Positions 28,042 through 38,722 of a stretch of 64,000 bases of DNA are shown piece by piece (position 1 is the first letter of the stretch; every line of letters begins with the position of its first letter). This DNA comes from an uncultured Christensenella sp. (lineage in GTDB: Bacteria; Bacillota; Clostridia; Christensenellales; UBA1242): positions 72,956 to 136,955 of the forward strand of contig CAZIRR010000001.1 in the NCBI GenBank assembly GCA_964541825.1, given 5' to 3'. The notes beneath the pieces are model-generated. The model made no database searches and was not told the origin of the DNA. It was given only the letters and a program-made list of their open reading frames with translations. The translations under genes were made by a program, and so were the position numbers.

Positions 28042-31000
28042 ATGGGAGATTTTGTTCACTTACACGTTCATACTGAATATAGTTTGCTAGATGGTGCAGC
28101 AAGGATAAGCAAAGTTGTCAAATGTGCCAAAGAAATGGGTATGCCTGCCCTTGCTATTACCGACCACGGCAATATGTATGGAGCAGTAGCATTCTTTGAT
28201 GCTTGTCAAGCTAGCGGAATCAAAGCGATATTTGGTTGCGAATTTTATACTTGTGATGATTTGAATGTTAAACAAGGCAAAACTAAATTAAATCACTTAG
28301 TCTTGCTTGCCAAGAATGAGACAGGATATTATAATTTGTGCAAATTAAATTCCATTGCTTTTGACCAAGGTTTTTACTATAAACCTAGAATAGATAGAGA
28401 GACACTCAAAAAATATAGCGATGGATTGGTGTGCTTATCGGCTTGCTTGGCAGGAGAAATCCCACAAGCCATTCTAAATCGTGAGTATGACGAAGCCGAA
28501 AAGTTGGTCAAATGGTTTAAAGATGTCTTTGGCGAAGATTATTATCTAGAACTCCAAAATCATCATTTAGAAGAACAGATAGAAGTCAATCAAAAACTTA
28601 AAGAATATGCCAAAAAATACAATATAAAAACTGTTGCCACCAATGACGTGCATTATATCAATAGAGAAGATGCACAAGTTCAAGATGTATTGATGTGTGT
28701 GCAAATGAGCAAAACAATTGATGACCCCGATAGAATGAAATTCCCAAATGATGAATTTTATCTAAAAAGTTATGACGAGATGGCGGAAGCATTCCCTGGG
28801 GATTTGGACGCTTTGGCTACAACTTTGGAGATAGCCGACAAATGTAATTTTGAATTGGTTTATGGACATTATATGTATCCAAAATATGTGCCTGTTACCG
28901 GTCAAGACCCCAAAGATTACTTTAGGGATTTGATAGAGGCAGGACTCAAGAAAAAATACAAAGTTGAGACCCCAGAGATTAGAGAAAGAATAGAATATGA
29001 ATTGGGTGTTATTTCCAAATTGGGATATGTAGAATATTATCTTATTGTTTGGGATTATATCAATGCCGCTAGAGAAAATGGAATTTCGGTAGGCCCAGGA
29101 CGTGGTAGTGGTGTAGGTAGCATTATTGCTTATCTTATAGGCATTACAGACGTTGACCCTATCAAGTATGGACTATTCTTTGAGAGATTTCTGAATCCCG
29201 AAAGAGTTTCTGCTCCCGACTTTGACGTAGACTTCGAAGATAGTAGACGTAGCGAAGTTTTTGAATACGTCAAGAAAAAATATGGGACGGACAGAGTTGT
29301 TAAAATTATTACTTTTGGCACTATGGCAGCCAAGAATGCTATCAAAGACGTAGGTAGAGTTCTAAAAGTGCCATATAGTGAACTTGACCAAGTTACCAAG
29401 GCTATTCCCAATACCGTTAGACGTCCAAATATTATAGCCAAATGCTTTGGGATTAATAGAAAAGAAGGCGACCCCGACGAAAGTGTGCCAGAACTTGTAG
29501 AAATGTACAATAATAGCGTTGATGTCAAAAAAGTAGTTGATATCGCATACAAATTGGAAGATAGCCCTCGTCAAACAGGTATTCACGCTTGCGGAGTTAT
29601 CATTGGTGGAGATATTCTAGACAAACATATCCCACTTGCCAAAAATGGCGACATTCTTACTAGCCAGTATGTAGGTGGAGAATTGGAACACTTGGGACTT
29701 CTTAAAATGGACTTCTTGGGTTTGCGAAACTTGTCCGATATCAAGGGCGCTATAGAATTGATTAAAGAAAATCACGGGGTAGAAGTAAATTTTGATGATA
29801 TGGATTATGATGATCCCGAAGTGTACAAAATGATATCTTCTGGCAATACAATGGCAGTCTTCCAATTAGAATCGGGTGGCTTCCAGAAGTTTATGAAAGA
29901 ACTTCAACCAACCTGTCTAGAAGACATCATAGCAGGTGTGTCTCTATATAGACCAGGACCAATGGATAGTATTCCCACATTCGTAAAGAATAAACACAAC
30001 CCCGACCAAATAACATATGTTAGCCCGCTTCTTGAGCCAATATTAGATGTAACATATGGCTGTATAGTATATCAAGAACAAGTTATGAAAATCGTTCAAG
30101 TATTAGCTGGCTATACTCTAGGTAGAGCAGATAGCGTGCGAAAAATGATGGGTAAGAAAAAGCTAAAAGATTTGCAATTGGAAAGAGAAGTTTTCTTGAA
30201 TGGTTGCGAGCCTGTCGGCAATAAGGCAGGAGTAGAAGGAGCTGTCAAGAGAGGACTAGATGCAGATGTAGCCAATAAACTTTGGGACGAAATGGAGAAA
30301 TTCGGATCATACGCTTTCAACAAATCCCACGCTGCCGCATATGCTCACGTTACTTATCAGACAGCATATCTTAAATGTCACTTCGAATCAGAATTCTTGA
30401 CTTCAGTGCTTAATAATAGAATAACAAACTCCGATGAAATCAAAAATTATATTACTTATGCCAAAGAAGAAAAAATTGAAGTCTTGCCTCCAGATATCAA
30501 TCTTAGCGGGACATATTTTACCGTCAAAGATAATAAGATTAGATTTGGTCTTGCCGCTCTTAAAAACGTTGGTGTCAATGTAGTAGACCAGATTGTTAAT
30601 GAGAGAAAATTAAATGGCGATTACAAAGATTTGAATGACTTTGTAAATAGATTGGATACTTCACTTCTCAATAAACGTTGCGTAGAAAGTATGATTTTGT
30701 CTGGAGCATTTGATTGCTTTGGAGTCAAGCGTAGTCAAATGATGAGAGTTTATCCACAAATTATCGAAAAAGTTGTATCTGATAGAAAGAAGCAAGCAAC
30801 AGGACAATTTAGTTTGTTTGGAGATATTTTAAAGGACGACGCTACAAATATTGTGGCTATGCCGAATATCCCCGAGTATGACGACCAGACTAAATTGAAA
30901 TTGGAAAAAGAAGTGGTGGGGATATATATATCCGGTCACCCTCTTGGCAATTATGTAGACGAACTTAAGAAATTTTCGTTTAACGGTGGAATGTTGCAGG

Positions 31001-31581
31001 TTGCAGAAAAAATTGATGATGTAGACGAAGAGCAAAATGCCGAAGATAAATATGACGGCTTAACTGATAATATGGACGTCACTTGCGGAGGTATTATTAG
31101 TGAATTGAAAAAAGTTTATAGCAAAAAAGATGGCTCCGAACTTGCAATTCTTAAGGTTGAAGATTTGTACGGAACTTTCGATTGCTTGCTTTTTGGCAGA
31201 ACTTATCAAAAGCTAAAACCAATTCTTGAAATTGACAAGATTGTTAAAATCAAGGGTAAATTGTCAATAAATGATAAGGGAGTGTCAGTAAGAGTGGAGA
31301 ATTTGGAAGAAATTGCCGACCCAGGAGTTAAAGCGGTAGAGACTGTAAAAGAAGAAAAGAAAGTTGTCCAAACTCTATATTTGATGTATGATTTGACAGA
31401 CGAAAACTTAAGCAAAGAAATAGCATCTTTGCTTGCACATTATCCGGGAGAGTCTCCTGTCATTGTCAAATGCTCCAAACAGCACAAGGCATTCAAACTT
31501 AATCTCAAAGTCAATCCAAAAGGCTTCTTGATAAACGAACTTCACGCATTTATCGAAGATGACTTTATCAAGGTTATTTAG
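28042..31581 (+). CDS. dnaE: DNA polymerase III alpha subunit
   Basis: FVHLHVHTEYSLLDG PHP start, GPGRGS, PDFDVD, KMDFLGL, YAFNKSH and a C-terminal OB fold. Confidence 0.97.
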   Translation: MGDFVHLHVHTEYSLLDGAARISKVVKCAKEMGMPALAITDHGNMYGAVAFFDACQASGIKAIFGCEFYTCDDLNVKQGKTKLNHLVLLAKNETGYYNLCKLNSIAFDQGFYYKPRIDRETLKKYSDGLVCLSACLAGEIPQAILNREYDEAEKLVKWFKDVFGEDYYLELQNHHLEEQIEVNQKLKEYAKKYNIKTVATNDVHYINREDAQVQDVLMCVQMSKTIDDPDRMKFPNDEFYLKSYDEMAEAFPGDLDALATTLEIADKCNFELVYGHYMYPKYVPVTGQDPKDYFRDLIEAGLKKKYKVETPEIRERIEYELGVISKLGYVEYYLIVWDYINAARENGISVGPGRGSGVGSIIAYLIGITDVDPIKYGLFFERFLNPERVSAPDFDVDFEDSRRSEVFEYVKKKYGTDRVVKIITFGTMAAKNAIKDVGRVLKVPYSELDQVTKAIPNTVRRPNIIAKCFGINRKEGDPDESVPELVEMYNNSVDVKKVVDIAYKLEDSPRQTGIHACGVIIGGDILDKHIPLAKNGDILTSQYVGGELEHLGLLKMDFLGLRNLSDIKGAIELIKENHGVEVNFDDMDYDDPEVYKMISSGNTMAVFQLESGGFQKFMKELQPTCLEDIIAGVSLYRPGPMDSIPTFVKNKHNPDQITYVSPLLEPILDVTYGCIVYQEQVMKIVQVLAGYTLGRADSVRKMMGKKKLKDLQLEREVFLNGCEPVGNKAGVEGAVKRGLDADVANKLWDEMEKFGSYAFNKSHAAAYAHVTYQTAYLKCHFESEFLTSVLNNRITNSDEIKNYITYAKEEKIEVLPPDINLSGTYFTVKDNKIRFGLAALKNVGVNVVDQIVNERKLNGDYKDLNDFVNRLDTSLLNKRCVESMILSGAFDCFGVKRSQMMRVYPQIIEKVVSDRKKQATGQFSLFGDILKDDATNIVAMPNIPEYDDQTKLKLEKEVVGIYISGHPLGNYVDELKKFSFNGGMLQVAEKIDDVDEEQNAEDKYDGLTDNMDVTCGGIISELKKVYSKKDGSELAILKVEDLYGTFDCLLFGRTYQKLKPILEIDKIVKIKGKLSINDKGVSVRVENLEEIADPGVKAVETVKEEKKVVQTLYLMYDLTDENLSKEIASLLAHYPGESPVIVKCSKQHKAFKLNLKVNPKGFLINELHAFIEDDFIKVI

Positions 31582-31655
31582 CAATGTGTATTAAATTATT
31601 TGTAAAAAAACTATTAAATGTGTAAACTAAAATTAAAAAAAAGAAGGAAATAATT

Positions 31656-32630
31656 ATGAAAAGAATTGCAGTTCTTTGTAGTGGTGGCGATAGCCCAGGA
31701 ATGAATGCGTGTATCAAGGCAATAGTTGATACATGTTCATCAAATAATGTAACAGTGCTTGGCATCAATAGGGGATTCCAAGGACTTATAGAAAACGATG
31801 TCAGACTTCTTACCAAATTGGAAGTTGCCAATATTGAGACTATCTCCGGGTCAATTATCTTTACCAGCAGAAGCAAAGATTTTATGACAGAAGCTGGTTT
31901 CAAAAAAGCAATTGCCAATCTTAAATCAAATGATATCGAAGGTCTTATTGTTATTGGTGGCAATGGCTCATTTAGAGGCTGTAGAGACTTGGTACACGCA
32001 GGGATAAATGTAATAGGTATTCCAGGGACTATAGACAACGACTTGTTCTTTACAGAGAGAGCTTTGGGTTTTGATACAGCTGTCCAACAAGCAGTCAATA
32101 CTATTACAGATATCAAGCAAACAATGTATGCCAATAGCAGGGCGGTGGTTTTTAAATGTATGGGTAGAGATTGCGGAGATATTGCTCTGCACACCGCCGT
32201 AGCAGTAGAAGCTGATGCCCTTGCTGTAAGCGAGATAGATTATTCTGTAGCACAAATTATTGCCGATGTTAGGAATTCTCTTAATCACGGAGTTACCGCT
32301 CCTGTTGTTGTCATATCTGAGGGTAGCAAGTTGGATATGAATGAAATATCTGACGAAATAGAAAAACAAATAGGTCTTACATCTAGAGCAATAGAATTGG
32401 GATATATCCAGAGAGGTGGTACCCCAACATACTATGATAGACTTTTGGGTGTTAGATGGGGTGTACTCGCTGTTCAACTTCTTATGCAAGATATGACTAA
32501 TCTGGCTGTGGGTGTCAAAAACGACAAGATTTTTTCTGTCCCACTTATAGAAGTCGAACACGTTTTGCAAGAATTTAGAGTAGATATGGTTAATGACTTG
32601 AGAACGCTACACGCTTTGCCAAAAATCTAA
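31656..32630 (+). CDS. pfkA: ATP-dependent 6-phosphofructokinase
   Basis: SGGDSPGMNA, GGNGS, PGTIDND, MGR and LGYIQRGG motifs. Confidence 0.93.
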   Translation: MKRIAVLCSGGDSPGMNACIKAIVDTCSSNNVTVLGINRGFQGLIENDVRLLTKLEVANIETISGSIIFTSRSKDFMTEAGFKKAIANLKSNDIEGLIVIGGNGSFRGCRDLVHAGINVIGIPGTIDNDLFFTERALGFDTAVQQAVNTITDIKQTMYANSRAVVFKCMGRDCGDIALHTAVAVEADALAVSEIDYSVAQIIADVRNSLNHGVTAPVVVISEGSKLDMNEISDEIEKQIGLTSRAIELGYIQRGGTPTYYDRLLGVRWGVLAVQLLMQDMTNLAVGVKNDKIFSVPLIEVEHVLQEFRVDMVNDLRTLHALPKI

Positions 32631-32789
32631 AAAGATAGATTATGTATTTGCTTTTGCACAATTTTTTTGAAGGCAAATAAACAAATGTAAAAATTGTATG
32701 TTGGCTCAAATGTTTTGAAAAAATAGAAATATATGATAATATGTATTCAAGATAAGTATCTAAATAAAAAGGTATAATTAGGAGAAAAT

Positions 32790-33320
32790 ATGGTAGAGAT
32801 TTTAAAATATAATGACGATGATTTAAAAGATGACGAAATAGACCAAGTAGTTACTAGAGTAAAAGCATTTATTGTGTCTAGCAAAAATAATATGCTTATC
32901 GGCAAAGATGAAGAAGGCTATCAATTACTAGGCGGATATGTTGCAGATAACGTTGACTACAAAGTCGCACTTGCCAATGCTATATACGAAGAGACTGGTA
33001 TTATCTTGGATAACAAAGACCAAATAGAGCCGTTTTTCGAGGTAAGATATTACAATAGAGATTACAAAGGCTCAGGGGCAAATAGACTATCAGATATGAT
33101 ATATTTCTTGGTCAAAACAGACAAATTGCCTAATTACAAAAAACTTAAATTAACCGAAAAAGAATTGGCAGAGAAACTTCCTATCGAAGTTATTAGACGT
33201 AGTATTTTCCACAAAGTTCTTAAAGAATATATTGATAATGAAGAAAATCCTCTTAATAAAATTAGAACAAAAGAAATTTTGCTTGCATTTGACAAAATGA
33301 AGGAAATCTATAAATTCTAA
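32790..33320 (+). CDS. Nudix-fold protein with a degenerate Nudix box
   Basis: YQLLGGYV...ALANAIYEETGI resembles GX5EX7REUXEEXGU but lacks the first E and the RE. Confidence 0.7.
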   Translation: MVEILKYNDDDLKDDEIDQVVTRVKAFIVSSKNNMLIGKDEEGYQLLGGYVADNVDYKVALANAIYEETGIILDNKDQIEPFFEVRYYNRDYKGSGANRLSDMIYFLVKTDKLPNYKKLKLTEKELAEKLPIEVIRRSIFHKVLKEYIDNEENPLNKIRTKEILLAFDKMKEIYKF

Positions 33321-33441
33321 TCTGTCTTAATTTAAATATTTGGGCATTTCAATGTCAATTAATTCCAAAAGACAATTTTTAATGCCTTTTGCTGGTAATG
33401 TAGATTATATGATTGTAGAGATTTCATATTAAATAAAATAC

Positions 33442-33479
33442 AAAAACACACTCTTTGAGAATTCAGAGTGTGTTTTTTT
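33442..33479. terminator. Bidirectional intrinsic terminator
   Basis: AAAAACACACTCT...AGAGTGTGTTTTT between convergent genes. Confidence 0.75.
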
Positions 33480-33573
33480 GGTGTTTTATAATATTTTTTA
33501 TATTTGTATCAAATCAATTTTTTTATTTTCAATTTTCTTTTTTAGTGAATTTATTTAGATAGATATTTGTTTT

Positions 33574-34575
33574 TTAGGCTTCAATACTTTTTCTATAAGC
33601 ATCGATTAAATTCTTTGTTGCTTGTTTGTTGTTCTCAAAAGTTTCTTTGTGAGCCTCTAAAATAGAAGAATTTGCAGTTATATTACCTTTGTAAGCAGTT
33701 GTCAAATTATTATTGTTTGCATCTTTGCTTGCAGTAAGTGTGTCTTGCAATTGGCTTACTTGTTTATTTAATTTTGTGTATGCGTTATCTCTTTCAACTT
33801 GCATTCTGTCTATGTTTGATTGATACATTTCAACTTGGTTTTGTTTGGTGCTTTTCTCATCTCCCTCTGGAAGATTTTTGATTTCTTCGTTAAGTTCGTC
33901 AATCAAAGCTTGTTTGGATTTTATCTCATCATCGCATTCTTGGATTGTGGTATTGTATTGACTATTGTAATTGTCGTATCCCGTAAAGAAATTGGAATAA
34001 TTGCTAGGCAATATATCTTCTATCAAGTCGGCAATTATTACATATTTAGCAATTAATTCTTTGTTGCTTAGTTTGTCTGTGTTTGCAGTTTCTTTCAATT
34101 CTTTGACAGTGCTTTCAAGACTACTTTTTGTTTCAACTTTTGCACCAGCTATGATACCCATATCAGATAGATAGTTATTTACATCATTTTTCATAGTGCT
34201 TTGATATTTGCTATAATCTTTTTTGCAACCACCGATAGTAATCTTTACAGTATAGCCATCAGTATTTACATCAATATATCCTGCTTCTACATTTTTTGTA
34301 ACGAAAAGTTTAATAGCGTCAGAATATTTCAGCCCCTCAAAACTATTGTTTAGAGTAATTCCTTTTGCTTCGTCAGTAAGAGGAACTATGTCCATTACTT
34401 TGTCATTGGCGTTCAAAACTAAATGAGCAGAAGATCCCGCTGTACAAGATATTATAGAATAATTGGTTTTTTCTCTATTATTATTGGCTACAACCAAGCA
34501 AATTGCAAGCACGATTAGGGCAACGGCTACAGTTGCACTTGTAATAATAGTTATTAATTTGGCTTTCTTTGACAT
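33574..34575 (-). CDS. Membrane-anchored protein with an RsgI-like extracytoplasmic domain and a C-terminal coiled coil
   Basis: One N-terminal TM helix. LVLNANDKV..IVPLTDEAK.I...FEGLKYSDAI..FV...VEAGYID matches the RsgI periplasmic-domain pattern. ATG at 34575 with GAGGAG SD. Confidence 0.65.
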   Translation of the reverse strand: MSKKAKLITIITSATVAVALIVLAICLVVANNNREKTNYSIISCTAGSSAHLVLNANDKVMDIVPLTDEAKGITLNNSFEGLKYSDAIKLFVTKNVEAGYIDVNTDGYTVKITIGGCKKDYSKYQSTMKNDVNNYLSDMGIIAGAKVETKSSLESTVKELKETANTDKLSNKELIAKYVIIADLIEDILPSNYSNFFTGYDNYNSQYNTTIQECDDEIKSKQALIDELNEEIKNLPEGDEKSTKQNQVEMYQSNIDRMQVERDNAYTKLNKQVSQLQDTLTASKDANNNNLTTAYKGNITANSSILEAHKETFENNKQATKNLIDAYRKSIEA

Positions 34576-34912
34576 AGAAATCTCCTCGCACAATAATAGT
34601 AAGCCTAGATACTAGACTACTAATTATATATAATCTGTTAGTTTTATTTTAACAAGTAACACACTTTTAGTCAAATATTTTTAACTAGAAATATATTCCA
34701 GCCATAGCATATTTGGCAAAATATATAGAATATTTGAGCAAACTTGTGGTTTTCGCTTATAAATAAGTGAATTTTTTTGCTTTTATTTGATGCAACTAGG
34801 ATAATTTTGTACTATATTTATTTGACTAAATGTGCGACTTTTATTAAAATAAAAGATATAAGTAGGATAATGTATTTAAAATATAGGAATACTATTTGTA
34901 AGTAGGTGAAAA

Positions 34913-37357
34913 ATGAAACTTTGGAAAAAATTGGCAGTGTGTTCTGTCCTAGCACTATCTAGTGTGGCATTTAGCGGTTGCAATTGCTCACGAGGAATGA
35001 AAGATGTGTCGGTAGATTTAGATGGCGATGGTGTGATTTCTGATTGGGAACAAATCTTTGAGACTATCGATAGTTCTTCTAGAATATTGACTGTGAGCAA
35101 TATTATAGAGATTTCTTCTTTTGATGATTTGAAAGCTATCAATGAAAAAACTGATGAGAGCAATTATTACAAACTTACCAAAAATATTGATTGCAATGGC
35201 GAAGAATTGAACATCAATTTGGGCAAGTCTGTTCTTTTTGGCAATAATAAAGTTATCAAAAATTTCAAATTAAAAGAGATAGGTTTAACGACCGGTGATG
35301 AGCAAGAGCCTACACATATCGATGCCAATGTATATGGCTTTTTGTACAATGGTGTAGCGGTATATGATTTGCGTCTATTTGTCGGATATCAAAAAATTGA
35401 TATTGATAATCTTTATAAATGGAGCTACGTTTCTCCTCTTGTAAATATTCCTACAATTGATAATGTAACTATCAAAGGTAAACTTGAAGTAAAAAGACTC
35501 AAGACAGAAGGCTTGAGTGGAGATAATAAAGTAGATATCTCTATGGGCGTAGCCAATCTTTCTGATATTGGTGAGTATTTAGACCAAGGATATTATGTGC
35601 CAAATGTTTCAAATATAGAGACTATTGGTGTTATAGATTACACAGAAGAAACAACTAATTCCCAAGTTCGAATTGGTGGAGTTGTCTCCCATTTGGCAGA
35701 TAACGGCTTGATTTATGGTGCAAAATCTAGTGTAAATATTTCAGCCTACAATACTGGCACTTTGTGTGTTGGCGGTATCGTTGGCGATAATGACGATATG
35801 GTGACCACTTGTGAGTATTCGGGAGAAATAAAAACAACTTATGACCCAAATAGCGTTAATTATATTGGTGGAATTGCGGGTAGAAATTATAGCAATGGAG
35901 AATTGAAGAATTGTGTAATTTCTGGCAAGATTTCTTTTGATACAGATGTTACTACATCTATAAGGCCACAAATGTTTGTAGGTGGTGCAGTTGGTAGAAA
36001 TCTAGGTGTTGTTGATTATATTGAGAATAATTGTACTATGGATATCTCCAATGCTATAGATATCCAAGTAGGTGGCATATGCGGTAGTAGCGAATATGGA
36101 ATATTTTCCAATATTATCAATCGTGCCAATATCCTTCTTACTAAGTGTCAAAATGTATATATTGCAGAAATTTGCGGATATAGTCAATATGGTAGATTTG
36201 AACAAATTGTAGATATGTCTACTATCCAAGTTGACAATTCCGAAATCCCATCAAATGTAAGAATTGGAATGGTTACAATTTTTGAAGATTTCTCTCAAGA
36301 TTTCTCCGTCCAAAAATACAATGCCGAATTTACCCCAACGTTTTATGGTATTTTGATGACAGGTAGTTCGGTAGTCAATCAGAAAAAAGTTTCTGAGAGT
36401 TCTAGTAACTTTGTCTACAATCTAGGTCTTAGAAATCCATATGAATACAATAAAATAGGCGAGAATGGCGAGTATGAGACTACTGTCAAAGTAGACGGGG
36501 CTGGCAAACCAGTATTGGACGACGACGGTAACGAAATTTATGTCAATGTTACAGGTACACAACTTCCAGACCAGTTTAGCAAATTGTTCTTTTTATTAGA
36601 TAGTTTTTCTATCAAAAAATACACAATTTCAGCCGATGGCTCAGCACCAATTCAAGATGTCCTAAATATCAATTACGCCAAGGACGAAGACAGTATGAAT
36701 GCCGTTAGCGAGAGGTCAAATACACGTCTAAATGTTGCTTTCTTTGTGAGAGATTTGGGCTTTAAATATGGACTTAATCATAATGAATTGGATTTGAGTG
36801 ACAATGATGTTGATATCGATTTGGAGAAACTTTCATTTAGTTTGAATGCCGACCATAGTCTAACTAAATATTTTGAATTCCAACATTCCAATGGGGATTT
36901 GGCATTCTTCGATAATTACTTTGATGAGCAATTGTCTTACGACGAAGAATTAGACAAAAAGTCAGAAATGTATAGTTATTTGAATTCACTATTATTGTCC
37001 AATACTACACAACTTTATGAGCAAATCAAAGTATCATATGATTTTGCTAGTCAACAAGACCCTAATAATACAGATAGCACCATTACTCTAGAAAATAATT
37101 TTGCTAGAAATGTAGCTTATCTAATAGGCTTGATTGTCGGCGTAGACCCTAGCATTGCAGAATGGTCTTCTGGCAGAAAGGATATTGAAGAGAGCGATGG
37201 CGAAAATGTTGTAGTTAAATATCAACGCTTAGAAGTTAGCGACAGCAATTATAGATATTTCTTTACTTTCCAGACTAGCCATATGCATAGCGAGGACGAT
37301 AGTCATTTAGATAATTATATTGTAAGTATGGAATATCAAAAAACCAATAAATATTAG
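34913..37357 (+). CDS. Large surface lipoprotein with GLUG-like (GGIxG) repeats
   Basis: Lipobox FSG-C, Ca-binding-like DLDGDGVISDWE, YYKLTKNID, and repeated VGGIVG/IGGIAG/VGGAVG/VGGICG. Confidence 0.8.
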   Translation: MKLWKKLAVCSVLALSSVAFSGCNCSRGMKDVSVDLDGDGVISDWEQIFETIDSSSRILTVSNIIEISSFDDLKAINEKTDESNYYKLTKNIDCNGEELNINLGKSVLFGNNKVIKNFKLKEIGLTTGDEQEPTHIDANVYGFLYNGVAVYDLRLFVGYQKIDIDNLYKWSYVSPLVNIPTIDNVTIKGKLEVKRLKTEGLSGDNKVDISMGVANLSDIGEYLDQGYYVPNVSNIETIGVIDYTEETTNSQVRIGGVVSHLADNGLIYGAKSSVNISAYNTGTLCVGGIVGDNDDMVTTCEYSGEIKTTYDPNSVNYIGGIAGRNYSNGELKNCVISGKISFDTDVTTSIRPQMFVGGAVGRNLGVVDYIENNCTMDISNAIDIQVGGICGSSEYGIFSNIINRANILLTKCQNVYIAEICGYSQYGRFEQIVDMSTIQVDNSEIPSNVRIGMVTIFEDFSQDFSVQKYNAEFTPTFYGILMTGSSVVNQKKVSESSSNFVYNLGLRNPYEYNKIGENGEYETTVKVDGAGKPVLDDDGNEIYVNVTGTQLPDQFSKLFFLLDSFSIKKYTISADGSAPIQDVLNINYAKDEDSMNAVSERSNTRLNVAFFVRDLGFKYGLNHNELDLSDNDVDIDLEKLSFSLNADHSLTKYFEFQHSNGDLAFFDNYFDEQLSYDEELDKKSEMYSYLNSLLLSNTTQLYEQIKVSYDFASQQDPNNTDSTITLENNFARNVAYLIGLIVGVDPSIAEWSSGRKDIEESDGENVVVKYQRLEVSDSNYRYFFTFQTSHMHSEDDSHLDNYIVSMEYQKTNKY

Positions 37358-37363
37358 ACAGCT

Positions 37364-37408
37364 AATACTTCCTTTTAGATTTATAATCTTGGAGGAAGTA
37401 TTTTTTTT
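37364..37408 (+). terminator. Intrinsic terminator
   Basis: AATACTTCCT...AGGAAGTATT followed by a T-run. Confidence 0.7.
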
Positions 37409-37489
37409 GTAAATATTTGTTGAATATTTGACATCAAAAAAATTTTTGATTAATATAATAATATAAAATTCTATACGGAGGGGGAAAGT

Positions 37490-38041
37490 ATGGCAAAGAA
37501 AAAATCCAAAAAGATGGATACTATGGCTTTAGTTCTTACAGTAGTTATACTTGCTCTTGCAGTTCTTACTGTTTGTACACTATTTATGCCTGTATTTAAG
37601 CAATGGGGTACAGCAAGCAAAATCGAGACTTGGTCTGCTACTGGTGCTGATGTTTTCAAATCTGCATTTGCAAGCGAACGTAGTTCAGATATGAATGCTG
37701 GCACTCTAGCTCTTTATGGCTTGAAAGCTGCCGAAGATACTGCTTTTGTTGCAACTGTTGGCTACTGGGTATATATCCTTTTAGTTTTGGTAAGTTGTGC
37801 AGTTATTGTATTTGCTGTTTTGAATATCTTAGGTCTAAGATTTAAATTAGTTAATACTATCCTAGGTGCTTGTTTAATAGTTCTTGCTATTGTTACATTC
37901 ATCTTTGCTTTGGTTATTGCAGGTAAATTTACTACAGATTCTGCTATTGGATTTACTTGTGCTGCTAAAATTGGTACATATCTTGCTTGCATCGGCGGAC
38001 TTGTTTGCGGTGGCGCAACTATGTACAAAGCTAGAGCATAA
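37490..38041 (+). CDS. Integral membrane protein (about 4 TM), unknown function
   Basis: GGAGG SD and four hydrophobic segments. Confidence 0.8.
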   Translation: MAKKKSKKMDTMALVLTVVILALAVLTVCTLFMPVFKQWGTASKIETWSATGADVFKSAFASERSSDMNAGTLALYGLKAAEDTAFVATVGYWVYILLVLVSCAVIVFAVLNILGLRFKLVNTILGACLIVLAIVTFIFALVIAGKFTTDSAIGFTCAAKIGTYLACIGGLVCGGATMYKARA

Positions 38042-38059
38042 ATTTATTTTCATAAAACG

Positions 38060-38095
38060 AAAAAATATCTAACAAAATGCGTTAGATATTTTTTT
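38060..38095. terminator. Bidirectional intrinsic terminator
   Basis: AAAAAATATCTAAC...GTTAGATATTTTTT between convergent genes. Confidence 0.7.
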
Positions 38096-38176
38096 CTCTC
38101 TTAATAATTATTTTTAATAATAACTTTTTGTAATCAATAATTATCTAGATAAATGTCTAGTCTTGGAATATTTTGT

Positions 38177-38722
38177 CTAGAGATTTTTGTTGCACCCGCA
38201 GTAATTTTGACGATAAATTCCATATTTTTTGCTATTTTGTATAGATATTAGATAGCCATTATTTTTTTTGAAATTACTAGGCAAATATTCTATGTTATAT
38301 TTATTAGACAATTTCAATCCAATGCCATTGATAATTTCAAAGTTTTTGTGGGGACTTACAGTAAGTGTTGTAGCAAAGATATCATAACCATTATCTTTTG
38401 CAAATTGTGCAGTTTTGTCAAGTCTTAGTGCAAAACAAATATTACACCTATCTCCGCCTTCTTTTTCATTCTCTAGCCCAACAATCTTTTCGCTAAATTC
38501 TAGGTGATTGTATGGCTCGGCAATTATCTTTATATTTCCATTATTTTCGTTGTTGATTTTTTTGATATAGTCTTGTAGTGCTGAAAGTCTTAGATTGTAT
38601 TCCGCTATGGTGTCGATATTTGGATTGTAGAAATATAACGTAATATCATATTCTTCTAGTTGCCATAGTACTCCGCTTGTACAAGGTGCGCAACAACTAT
38701 GCAATAACATTTTCTTTTTCAT
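38177..38722 (-). CDS. queH: Epoxyqueuosine reductase QueH
   Basis: LLHSCCAPC, YFYNPNI, EGGDRCNICFALRL, TTLTVSPHK and YRQNYCGC. Confidence 0.93.
   Translation of the reverse strand: MKKKMLLHSCCAPCTSGVLWQLEEYDITLYFYNPNIDTIAEYNLRLSALQDYIKKINNENNGNIKIIAEPYNHLEFSEKIVGLENEKEGGDRCNICFALRLDKTAQFAKDNGYDIFATTLTVSPHKNFEIINGIGLKLSNKYNIEYLPSNFKKNNGYLISIQNSKKYGIYRQNYCGCNKNL

Noticed and set aside
31574-32570. Long antisense ORFs (206 and 200 aa) over pfkA
   Set aside because: Shadow frames of a conserved gene, with no SD or protein-like features.
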